From NCBI GenBank assembly GCA_963779925.1, contig CAVZZS010000002.1, positions 540 through 64,539 on the forward strand: a stretch of 64,000 bases of DNA, given 5' to 3'. The first letter of the stretch is position 1. Each line of letters begins with the position of its first letter. Below are positions 35,744 through 43,760 of the stretch, piece after piece. Origin of the DNA: an uncultured Nanoarchaeota archaeon (GTDB taxonomy: Archaea; Nanobdellota; Nanobdellia; Pacearchaeales; GW2011-AR1). The notes below the pieces were generated by a model. It did not search any database. It worked only from the letters and a program-made list of their open reading frames with translations, and had not been told where the DNA came from. Both the position numbers and the translations under genes were made by a program.

Positions 35744-36478
35744 TTGAACTTCAGCGACAAGGTCATAGAAATTATCCTTGACAAGGAAAGACTGAAGCAT
35801 GTCCATATTACAGCAGATAAGGTAAAGGAGAAGTTAAGAGACCTTGGACACAAGGTAAAGGAAAAGGGAGAATCAGTCATCATTGACGCTTCTGCATTAA
35901 ATTTCAGGGAAATTTACCAGATCAAAGAGAAACTCAAGAGAACAATAATTTCCGGAATAAAGAATGTCAGCCAGATTTTAATTGTCAAGAGAGGAAAAGA
36001 TTATGTAATAATCACTCTGGGAACCAATCTTAAGGAAATAATAAACCTCAAAGAAGTCGACGTCAGCAGAACAGTTTCAAATGACCCTTATGAAGTTGCA
36101 GATGTATTCGGAATTGAAGCAGCAAGACAGCTGATAATAAATGAAATCCACGAAGTCCTGAACAATCAGGGACTAGATATAGACATAAGACACTTGAAGT
36201 TGGTCTCAGACGCTATGACTAACACCGGCGTTGTTTCAGGCGTTACAAGAATGGGAATTATCTCGCAAAAATCTTCTATATTGGCAAGAGCAACTTTCGA
36301 AACTCCTGTAAAGCAATTTGTTAATGCGACAATAAAGGGGAACAAGGATAAACTGGCTAGCGTTGTGGAGAACATTATTCTAAATCAGCCTGTTCCTGTC
36401 GGTACTGGCCTTCCAGGATTGCTCGTAAAAGTTACAGGGCCTTTGACAAAAGAGGGTAAAGGTAAGGATAAGAAATAA
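35744..36478 (+). CDS. rpoA2: Remainder of RNA polymerase subunit A'' (Rpo1C), in a different frame from the upstream rpoA ORF
   Basis: The frame is open from 35684 ([20 protein letters not shown]...). The first conventional start is TTG 35744. It contains SNDPYEVADVFGIEAARQLIINEI..VL..QGLDIDIRHLKLVSDAMT.TG and GVTRMGI...SSILARATFE. Confidence 0.8.
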   Translation: MNFSDKVIEIILDKERLKHVHITADKVKEKLRDLGHKVKEKGESVIIDASALNFREIYQIKEKLKRTIISGIKNVSQILIVKRGKDYVIITLGTNLKEIINLKEVDVSRTVSNDPYEVADVFGIEAARQLIINEIHEVLNNQGLDIDIRHLKLVSDAMTNTGVVSGVTRMGIISQKSSILARATFETPVKQFVNATIKGNKDKLASVVENIILNQPVPVGTGLPGLLVKVTGPLTKEGKGKDKK

Positions 36479-36505
36479 AAAGACCCCTTAACAAATATTC
36501 ATCTA

Positions 36506-36922
36506 ATGGAAAATACGATAAGCATGCAGGATATGAGACATCTCAACTTATTCAGAAATGTTACAAGGATAAGCACGACAATCTGCTTCGAGTATAACGA
36601 TACGATATTCTTCGGCGTTCCCAGGAATCTTATTTCAACAGCAATAGGAGAAAATGGGAAGAATTCAAAGGAATTAAACAGGATTCTTGGAAAAAAGATC
36701 AAAGTCATTTTTGTTCCCAATGGGATGGGAGATTCAAGGGAATTCATCCAGGCAATAATCTATCCTGTCGAATTCAAGAACATTGAAGTCCAGGGTAATG
36801 AGATGATAATCCATGCCGGGGCGAAAAACAAGGCTGCATTAATCGGAAGAGAAAAAAGAAGGCTTCTTGAGATGAAGACAATAGTAAGAAATTTCTTCGG
36901 CAAGGAATTGAGGATTGTGTAA
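36506..36922 (+). CDS. nusA: Archaeal NusA-like protein (two KH domains)
   Basis: 138 aa. FGVPRNLISTAIGENGKNSKELNRILGKKIKVI and AALIGREKRRLLEMKTIV are GxxG KH motifs. It occupies the conserved position before S12. Confidence 0.85.
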   Translation: MENTISMQDMRHLNLFRNVTRISTTICFEYNDTIFFGVPRNLISTAIGENGKNSKELNRILGKKIKVIFVPNGMGDSREFIQAIIYPVEFKNIEVQGNEMIIHAGAKNKAALIGREKRRLLEMKTIVRNFFGKELRIV

Positions 36923-36970
36923 TCCAGAAAGTTTTAAAAACTAATTTTTGTAAAGATAAAATATAACAAG

Positions 36971-37393
36971 ATGGGACAAAAGAACGCAAGAAAATTTGTC
37001 AAAAACAGAAAAAAATTCAGATGGAATGACAAGGAATACAGAGCAAGAGCTATGAAACTTTACCAGAAATCCGATCCATTAGAAGGAGCAAGCCAGGCAA
37101 AAGGAATCGTCTTATCTAAATTCCAAAAAGAAGCAAGACAGCCAAATTCTGCTATGAGAAAATGCTGCAGAGTTCAGCTTACAAAGAACGGAATCGGTGT
37201 CGGTGCATTCATACCCGGAAACTTAGCACAAAGATTCATTGATGAACATGATGAAGTTATAATTGAAAGAATCGGCGGACGTTCAGGACGACAAAAAGGA
37301 GATATCCCAGGAATCAGATTCCAAGTAATTAAAGTAAATGACCAGCCTTTGGAAAGATTATGGCTCGGCAAGATAGAAAAGGGTAGAAGATAA
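36971..37393 (+). CDS. rps12: Ribosomal protein uS12
   Basis: [14 protein letters not shown]......[20 protein letters not shown]....AFIPG... Confidence 0.95.
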   Translation: MGQKNARKFVKNRKKFRWNDKEYRARAMKLYQKSDPLEGASQAKGIVLSKFQKEARQPNSAMRKCCRVQLTKNGIGVGAFIPGNLAQRFIDEHDEVIIERIGGRSGRQKGDIPGIRFQVIKVNDQPLERLWLGKIEKGRR

Positions 37394-37599
37394 TGATAGT
37401 ACTAGAAAAAAAATTACCACGAGATGGAAAACGTGTTGCAATTGTCGCAGATGAAAGCGGAAGAGACAAATACAACATATTAACATATCCTTGCAATTTT
37501 GAAGACATTGGAAAGCCAATCGATTTCAGCAAAGCAGAAGCTTATTTTCCAACGATGGTAGAATTATCAAAAGTTATGGGGGTATATCAATTCTCATAA
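37393..37599 (+). CDS. Hypothetical 68-aa protein inserted between S12 and S7
   Basis: Both junctions are TAATG overlaps: the stop of S12 with its own start, and its own stop with the start of S7. No recognisable motif. Confidence 0.5.
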   Translation: MIVLEKKLPRDGKRVAIVADESGRDKYNILTYPCNFEDIGKPIDFSKAEAYFPTMVELSKVMGVYQFS

Positions 37600-38210
37600 T
37601 GGCACAAAGAAATATTCCACAATTCAAAATATTCGACAAATATGACTTAAATGGACTCCAAGTAAAAGATCCCGGATTAAAACCAGTCATTTCTCTTGAG
37701 CCAAGATTAATCCTCAAAAGCCAAGGAGCTAATTTCCAGAGATTCATGCAGACAAAAGTAAACATTGTTGAAAGATTAATGAACAGGCTTGCAGTTGCAG
37801 GACATCGAGGCAAAAAGCATAAAATACAGAAAGGGCGTTCTACTGGAAAATATTCAAAGAATATGAAAATAATTCTTGAGGCTCTTGATGCAATCGAGAA
37901 AAAGACTAGCAAGAATCCAGTTGAAGTTTTGATAAAGGCAGTAGAGAATTCTGCACCAAGAGATGAAATCACAGTTATTGAATATGGCGGAGCAAGATAT
38001 CCCCAAGCTGTTGATGTCGCTCCGATAAGAAGAGTTAATCTTGCAATAAGATGGCTTGTCCATGGCGCTTCCGATAAAGCATTCAACAAGAAAAAAACAA
38101 TTGCTCAAGGATTGACCGATGAAATTATATTAGCTTCTGAAAATAATGGCGATAGTTTCGCAGTAAGAAAGAGGAATGAATCTGAAAAGCAAGCGGATTC
38201 TGCCAGATAA
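37599..38210 (+). CDS. rps7: Ribosomal protein uS7
   Basis: IVERLMNRL.VAGHRGKKH.......GKYSKNMKI...A......KT.KNPVEVL..AVEN.APR.E........GGARYPQAVDV.P.RR is the S7 pattern. Confidence 0.95.
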   Translation: MAQRNIPQFKIFDKYDLNGLQVKDPGLKPVISLEPRLILKSQGANFQRFMQTKVNIVERLMNRLAVAGHRGKKHKIQKGRSTGKYSKNMKIILEALDAIEKKTSKNPVEVLIKAVENSAPRDEITVIEYGGARYPQAVDVAPIRRVNLAIRWLVHGASDKAFNKKKTIAQGLTDEIILASENNGDSFAVRKRNESEKQADSAR

Positions 38211-38212
38211 AA

Positions 38213-38665
38213 TTATTTTAATTTAACTACCAAAGAACTATTTCTCGAGCCTTTTTCATAAAGGTTATGCCCATAGGGATATAATTTTACAGGAGTAATA
38301 TCTTCAGGCTGTCTTTTCTTTATCTTGTTTATTCTTTCTAACTCTTCCGGCCTAAGAGTAGGAAAGTAGGATTCTTCCAGATTAGACACCAAAGATTCCA
38401 GTTTCTTTTCATTAAAGTCGAAAAAGACCAGTTGGAGAGGAAGTGGCAATCTATCAACATTTTCAACTTCCCCCATAGAATATAACAACCTCAGAATTGA
38501 AACGCATACTCCAAAATGATATTTCTGAAGATTCAAGCTGCTGTTCTTATAAATGAGTTCGTGGGGAGACGCATTTTCCAATGTCGCCCTGCTGACTAAT
38601 CCTTCAATATATTCTTTTCTAGCATCTTCATATAACTCCGAAACCGGTTCAAAAGATAATTGCAT
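38213..38665 (-). CDS. Hypothetical protein (150 aa)
   Basis: ORF with a TATA-like octamer at 38687-38694 at the canonical spacing. Confidence 0.45.
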   Translation of the reverse strand: MQLSFEPVSELYEDARKEYIEGLVSRATLENASPHELIYKNSSLNLQKYHFGVCVSILRLLYSMGEVENVDRLPLPLQLVFFDFNEKKLESLVSNLEESYFPTLRPEELERINKIKKRQPEDITPVKLYPYGHNLYEKGSRNSSLVVKLK

Positions 38666-38741
38666 TAGTAGACTATTAAAAATTGCTTTATAATATTTTA
38701 TTTATACAAAACCATATAAATCAGCTCTCGGGTTTATGATA

Positions 38742-39005
38742 ATGGAGATATTATACCGCGAAAAAAAGAGAGATTTCTATAATTTCAAAAAATATTCAGC
38801 AATTTTCTTGGATGTGGGAAGCGCTTCTATGATTGCCATGGGCATAATAACAAATAACACTGATTTGGGTGTCGTTGGCAGCTGTATTGAATTCGCATCT
38901 CTATTTTATTCAGTTGGCCTTATATTAGAGCGGACAAAAATCAAGAAAGATAAGAGAGTAAATGATATAACACGCTTCCTTGAAAATCAAGTATTATTTG
39001 AATAA
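38742..39005 (+). CDS. Hypothetical small membrane protein
   Basis: Two hydrophobic segments. The second ATG (38742) fits the catataaa octamer at 38713-38720. Confidence 0.4.
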   Translation: MEILYREKKRDFYNFKKYSAIFLDVGSASMIAMGIITNNTDLGVVGSCIEFASLFYSVGLILERTKIKKDKRVNDITRFLENQVLFE

Positions 39006-39085
39006 TTCCTTATTTCCAATAACATTTAAAAACTATTTTTACAAACTTTTATTATTCTCGATAACTAGAGTAATCGTAACAACAA

Positions 39086-41278
39086 ATGGCAGAAAAAGAA
39101 TCGCAATTTCACAAGATTGAAAGAATCAGCAGGAATCAAAAAAACATCAGAAATATAGCGACAAGCGCGCACATTCATCACGGAAAAACAGCTTTGACAG
39201 ATAATCTTCTTGCAGCTTCAGGATACATGGCTTCAAAAAATGCCGGAAATCTCGAAGAGGGAATGACCACATGGCAGCATGCAGATGAACAGGAGAGATT
39301 AATGACTGTTGATGCAGCTAATGTTTCTATGGTACATGATTTCCAAGGCGAAGAATATTTGATTAATTTAATTGATACTCCTGGGCACGTAGATTTTGGC
39401 GGAAATGTTACAAGGGCAATGCGAGCAATTGATGGAACTATCGTTCTGGTCTGTGCAGTTGAAGGAATCATGCCGCAAACTGAAACTGTTATCAAGCAGG
39501 CATTAAGAGAAAGAGTTCGTCCTGTTCTATTCATCAACAAAGTTGACAGATTAATCAAAGAGATGAAATTGACTCCTGAGGGGATGCAGCAAAGATTCGT
39601 AAAAATAATTGAAGAATTCAATGATTTGATTTACAAAATCGCAGAGCCGGAATTCAAAAACAAATGGGCTGTAAGCATCAGCGACGGAAGCGTTGCATTC
39701 GGAAGCGCAAAAGCAAACTGGGCGTTGTCTGTTCCATTTATGAAAAAGAAAGGAATCACATTCAAAGATATTTTCACCTTGGAAACATTGGGCGAAGCTG
39801 AAAAGAAAGAATGGGTTTGGAAAAATGCACCATTGTATGAAGTTCTTCTTGATATGGCTGTAAAGCATCTTCCTGATCCTCTTGAAGCTCAAAAGTACAG
39901 AATTCCAAAAATCTGGCGTGGAGATATGGACAGCCAATTTGGAAAAGATTTATTGAGCTGCAATCCCAACGGAAAAATCGGATTTGTTATTACAAGAATT
40001 GTAATTGACCAGCGTTCAGGAAAAGAAATTTCAGCAGGCAGACTGTTCTCGGGAACTTTGAAAAATGGCATGGAAGTTCATCTTAATCTTGCAAATAAAG
40101 AACAAAAAGTTCAGCAAATTCTAGTTTACAACGGAATTAAACCAGAACAAATCAGTGAAATCGGCCCGGGAAATGTTCTTGCAATCTCGGGAGTTACAGG
40201 AGAAGCTGGAGAAACAGTCACATTAGAACCTGAGACACCTTTTGAAGAATTGAAGCATATTTTTGAGCCTGTTGTTACAAAATCCATTGAAGTAAAGAAA
40301 TTGATGGACTTGCCAAAATTAATTGAAATTCTAAAACAGGTTGGAAAGGAAGATCCTTCCGTTAAAGTCGAAATCAATGAACAGACTGGCGAGTCTCTTA
40401 TTTCAGGAATGGGAGAATTGCATCTTGAAATTATTGAAAACAGAATAAGAACTGAAAAAGGATTGGATGTAAAGACTTCGCCTCCAATTGTTGTTTATAG
40501 GGAAACTGCAAATAAAGAATCTCCTGAAGTTGAAGGAAGAAGCCCAAACAAGCATAATAGCTTCTTCATTAGAGTTGAACCTCTTGAAGATGATGTTTAT
40601 GAAGCAATCAAGAGCGGTGAAATCCCTGAAGGAAGAGTCAAGAAAAAATCACAGGAACTTACGACCAGATTCGCAAGGTTTGAAAACTGGAGCAATGACG
40701 AAATCAAGCAGATAAGGGACATTTACAAAGGAAACATCCTCGTCGATGAAACGAAAGGAGAAGTTCATATCGGAGAGGTTATTGAAATGGTCCTGGATGC
40801 ATTTGAAATGGTAATGGACCAGGGTCCTCTCGCGAGGGAGCCATGTGTCAAGATGAAAATTGCACTTGAAGATATCAAGCTTCATGAAGATGCAATCCAT
40901 AGAGGTCCTGCTCAGGTTTATCCTGCGGTAAGAGAAGCAATAACCGAAGCTATGAAAAAGGCAGATGCTTCCTTGCTTGAGCCGATACAGATTCATGTTA
41001 TAGAATGCCCAGACAAATTCTTGGGAGAAATGACAAAACTTTTGGGAAGCAAAAGAGGGCAATTAATCAATGTTTCACAGGAAGATTTCGGAGTCGAAAT
41101 AAAAGCAGAGATACCTGTTTCTGAAATGATCGGGTGGAGCAATGACCTGCGTTCTGCAACTGAAGGAAGAGGAACATCTTCTTTGTCAGACCAGCTGTTC
41201 AAGAGAATACCAATGAGCATGCAAGCTGATGTCATAAGAAAAATCAGAGAAAGAAAAGGATTAGCAGAGAATCAATAA
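39086..41278 (+). CDS. fusA: Translation elongation factor 2 (aEF-2)
   Basis: G1 AHIHHGKTALTD, G3 DTPGHVDF, G4 NKVDR, and the diphthamide-site HEDAIHRGPAQ. 730 aa. Confidence 0.95.
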   Translation: MAEKESQFHKIERISRNQKNIRNIATSAHIHHGKTALTDNLLAASGYMASKNAGNLEEGMTTWQHADEQERLMTVDAANVSMVHDFQGEEYLINLIDTPGHVDFGGNVTRAMRAIDGTIVLVCAVEGIMPQTETVIKQALRERVRPVLFINKVDRLIKEMKLTPEGMQQRFVKIIEEFNDLIYKIAEPEFKNKWAVSISDGSVAFGSAKANWALSVPFMKKKGITFKDIFTLETLGEAEKKEWVWKNAPLYEVLLDMAVKHLPDPLEAQKYRIPKIWRGDMDSQFGKDLLSCNPNGKIGFVITRIVIDQRSGKEISAGRLFSGTLKNGMEVHLNLANKEQKVQQILVYNGIKPEQISEIGPGNVLAISGVTGEAGETVTLEPETPFEELKHIFEPVVTKSIEVKKLMDLPKLIEILKQVGKEDPSVKVEINEQTGESLISGMGELHLEIIENRIRTEKGLDVKTSPPIVVYRETANKESPEVEGRSPNKHNSFFIRVEPLEDDVYEAIKSGEIPEGRVKKKSQELTTRFARFENWSNDEIKQIRDIYKGNILVDETKGEVHIGEVIEMVLDAFEMVMDQGPLAREPCVKMKIALEDIKLHEDAIHRGPAQVYPAVREAITEAMKKADASLLEPIQIHVIECPDKFLGEMTKLLGSKRGQLINVSQEDFGVEIKAEIPVSEMIGWSNDLRSATEGRGTSSLSDQLFKRIPMSMQADVIRKIRERKGLAENQ

Positions 41279-41299
41279 AGAGATTTACTATTCACAACT

Positions 41300-41307
41300 T
41301 TTATAAA
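41300..41307 (+). promoter_or_regulatory. TATA box (tttataaa) 22-29 nt upstream of ATG 41329
   Basis: Exact octamer at the canonical spacing, inside the EF-2/EF-1alpha spacer. Confidence 0.55.
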
Positions 41308-41328
41308 ACAATTTTTAGGTTAATTTTT

Positions 41329-41721
41329 ATGGAACAAACAGAATTACTCGTAAAGGCGATGGATATGATTGACGTCCCTTTGCACCTTGCAGGAAATGGC
41401 CGTCGTAATTTAAAAGAAAGATTGCCAGAAATAGTAGAACATCTTGTTCTAGAAAGTCTAGGGACCCAAGGAAATTCGTGGGTTGAAGAAAGCGTTCGCT
41501 TATTAAGACCGACATGCTATGAAGATAGTCCTCTTTATCGAGATAATATGGCCCAAGTTTACGTAAATGTTGGGGAAATTTATGATTTCATTATGTCAAA
41601 AGGCGGAAAGGAAACAGAGAATACAAGAAGATTCAGAGGATATGTCTGGATGTACCAAAAGGCTACCGCACATTTGGGGACTAAAGGCATCTGCAAAGAT
41701 GATGCACCAAAACATTTTTAA
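41329..41721 (+). CDS. Hypothetical 130-aa protein between EF-2 and EF-1alpha
   Basis: ORF with its own canonical promoter octamer. No motif recognised. Confidence 0.5.
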   Translation: MEQTELLVKAMDMIDVPLHLAGNGRRNLKERLPEIVEHLVLESLGTQGNSWVEESVRLLRPTCYEDSPLYRDNMAQVYVNVGEIYDFIMSKGGKETENTRRFRGYVWMYQKATAHLGTKGICKDDAPKHF

Positions 41722-41780
41722 ACTAAATTTTTTTTAGATAATTACTCAAATTTTCTTCGTGAAAATTTAACAATACTAAC

Positions 41781-43064
41781 ATGGCAAAAGAAAAACCAAA
41801 TATGAACGTTGTGTTCGTCGGGCACGTTGATGCCGGTAAATCAACCGTAGTCGGAAGACTTTTGTTCGACTCTGGCGCTGTTTCCGAGCAGGAAATGACA
41901 AAGCTTAGACAAGAAGCAGAAAAGCACGGAAAAATTGGTTTTGAATTCGCTTATGTCATGGATCAGATCAGAGAGTCAAGAGAAAGAGGAGTTACAATAG
42001 ATCTTGCTTACAGAAAGATTCTTACAAACAAATTCCAAATCACAATCATTGATGCACCTGGGCACAAAGACTTCGTTAAGAACATGATTACCGGAGCTTC
42101 ACAGGCAGATGCAGCTTTCCTTGTTGTTGCTGCTCCTACAGGAGTAGAACCACAGACAAAGGAACATTTATGGCTTTTGAGAACAATGGGTGTTCAGAAT
42201 GTTGCAGTTATCATTAACAAGATGGATATGGTTCAATACAAAGAAGACAGATTCAACAAAGTTAAGGAAGAAGTTGGCCAGCTTTTGAAGCAAGTTGGTT
42301 ACAAGCTTGAAAAAGTTCAGTTCCTTGCTTGCGCTGGATTAAAAGGAGATAATGTTGTCAAGAAATCCGAAAATATGCCTTGGTATAGTGGACCTACAGT
42401 TATAGGACAATTTGACTTATTCCCACAGCCAGAATTACCTACTAACCTACCAATGAGAATGCCTGTTCAGGACGTTTACGAAATTACAGGAATAGGAACA
42501 GTTCCAGTTGGAAAGATTGAAACAGGAATCATGAAAATAGGACAGAAAGTCAAGGTTCTTCCAGGAAGAACAGCAAAAGGAATTGATGGCGAAATCAAGA
42601 CAATTGAAATGCACCATGAAGCAATTCCACAAGCTGATGCAGGAGATAATGTCGGAATAAACATAAGGGGAGTTGGAAAGAAAGATATCGCAAGAGGAGA
42701 TGTTATCTGCGATGCAGCTGCACCAATCACCGTTGTTGAAGAATTCGTTGCAATAATTACAATCATAAATCACCCAACAGTTTTGGCAAAGGGTTACACA
42801 CCAGTATTCCACGTCCACACAGCACAGGTTCCATGCCAATTCGTGGAATTGATTGCTAAACTTAATCCTGCTACAATGGAAGTTCTACAAGAGCATCCTG
42901 ATTTCTTGAAAAACGGAGATCTTGCTAAGGTAAGAATTAAGCCTCAGGGAAATCTTGCTTTGGAAACTCAGAAGGCAAATCCATACATGAGCAGATTTGC
43001 AGTTAGAGATGCTGGACAAACAGTCGCAGCAGGCGTTTGCGTTGAATTGAAAGCAAAAGTGTAA
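41781..43064 (+). CDS. tuf: Translation elongation factor 1-alpha (aEF-1A)
   Basis: GHVDAGKST, DAPGHKDF, NKMD. 427 aa. Confidence 0.95.
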   Translation: MAKEKPNMNVVFVGHVDAGKSTVVGRLLFDSGAVSEQEMTKLRQEAEKHGKIGFEFAYVMDQIRESRERGVTIDLAYRKILTNKFQITIIDAPGHKDFVKNMITGASQADAAFLVVAAPTGVEPQTKEHLWLLRTMGVQNVAVIINKMDMVQYKEDRFNKVKEEVGQLLKQVGYKLEKVQFLACAGLKGDNVVKKSENMPWYSGPTVIGQFDLFPQPELPTNLPMRMPVQDVYEITGIGTVPVGKIETGIMKIGQKVKVLPGRTAKGIDGEIKTIEMHHEAIPQADAGDNVGINIRGVGKKDIARGDVICDAAAPITVVEEFVAIITIINHPTVLAKGYTPVFHVHTAQVPCQFVELIAKLNPATMEVLQEHPDFLKNGDLAKVRIKPQGNLALETQKANPYMSRFAVRDAGQTVAAGVCVELKAKV

Positions 43065-43087
43065 ATTATTCTTTTTTCACATAAATC

Positions 43088-43095
43088 TTTTTAAA
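43088..43095 (+). promoter_or_regulatory. TATA-like octamer (tttttaaa) 22-29 nt upstream of ATG 43117
   Basis: Canonical spacing to a 53-codon ORF that is absent from the ORF track. Confidence 0.45.
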
Positions 43096-43116
43096 TTGTC
43101 TTTGTCAAATTAATTT

Positions 43117-43278
43117 ATGGCAAACATAAATGAGGAAACAATGAAAAGAGCTGTGATTTCCGGAGCTGCTCATGCTTTGAAGTATAAAGAGAAAAACCCA
43201 AATGAATCGGATTCTGAAATTCTTAGAGAACTTATGGGTGAGCTCAGAAATATAATAAGAGAAATTGACAGAGAATAA
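43117..43278 (+). CDS. Small ORF (53 aa) not in the supplied track: MANINEETMKRAVISGAAHALKYKEKNPNESDSEILRELMGELRNIIREIDRE
   Basis: ATG 43117 to TAA 43276-43278, translated by hand. It has a canonical promoter octamer and a helical, charged composition. Confidence 0.4.
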   Translation: MANINEETMKRAVISGAAHALKYKEKNPNESDSEILRELMGELRNIIREIDRE

Positions 43279-43282
43279 TAGG

Positions 43283-43564
43283 ATGGAAGAAGATTATAAC
43301 GATATAATGAAAATGAGCAATGAAGAAAGAATGAGGGCTAGTTATGAATATAGACTTAGGAAAGAGGATTTTATTCCGGGAATAGGTTTGTATAAACATC
43401 ATAAAAGAAGCATTAATGAAATGTTAAGAAACCACCTGGTTGGTAATGAAGATTATGCAGCTAATGCTTGGGCCAGAGATAGTCTATTAGCGATATATAA
43501 CCTTGCGATTATTGCAGCGGGAATTGGGGCTGTGACTGGTTTAGTAAGTCTACTTTCCAAATAA
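43283..43564 (+). CDS. Hypothetical protein with a C-terminal TM helix
   Basis: ATG 43283 (MEEDYNDIMKM...). C-terminal LLAIYNLAIIAAGIGAVTGLVSLL. Confidence 0.4.
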   Translation: MEEDYNDIMKMSNEERMRASYEYRLRKEDFIPGIGLYKHHKRSINEMLRNHLVGNEDYAANAWARDSLLAIYNLAIIAAGIGAVTGLVSLLSK

Positions 43565-43760
43565 AATTATGCCCGTTCAAGTAATTCACAACCTTTAAAA
43601 AACCCGTTTTCTTCACCTATTTAGAAAATATCTAACAAGATTATTCACATTCACCTTTATACTAATTTTGCTTTGCAAAGTACGAAGAGACGTGATTAGC
43701 TTAGGATACTTTTCTGTGAAATCGTAGATTTCAATCAATTAAAAACAATATAAAAACAAA

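Noticed and set aside
37574-38108. 171-aa and 84-aa minus-strand ORFs.
   Set aside because: They are antisense to rps7, a highly conserved gene that fully explains the region.
43565-43760. The 196-nt spacer upstream of dnaG as an ncRNA. It contains the palindrome ctttgcaaag and a near C-box cgtgatta.
   Set aside because: There is no convincing stem-loop set or box pairing. It is more simply explained as the dnaG promoter (tttatact at about 43656) plus a 5' UTR.
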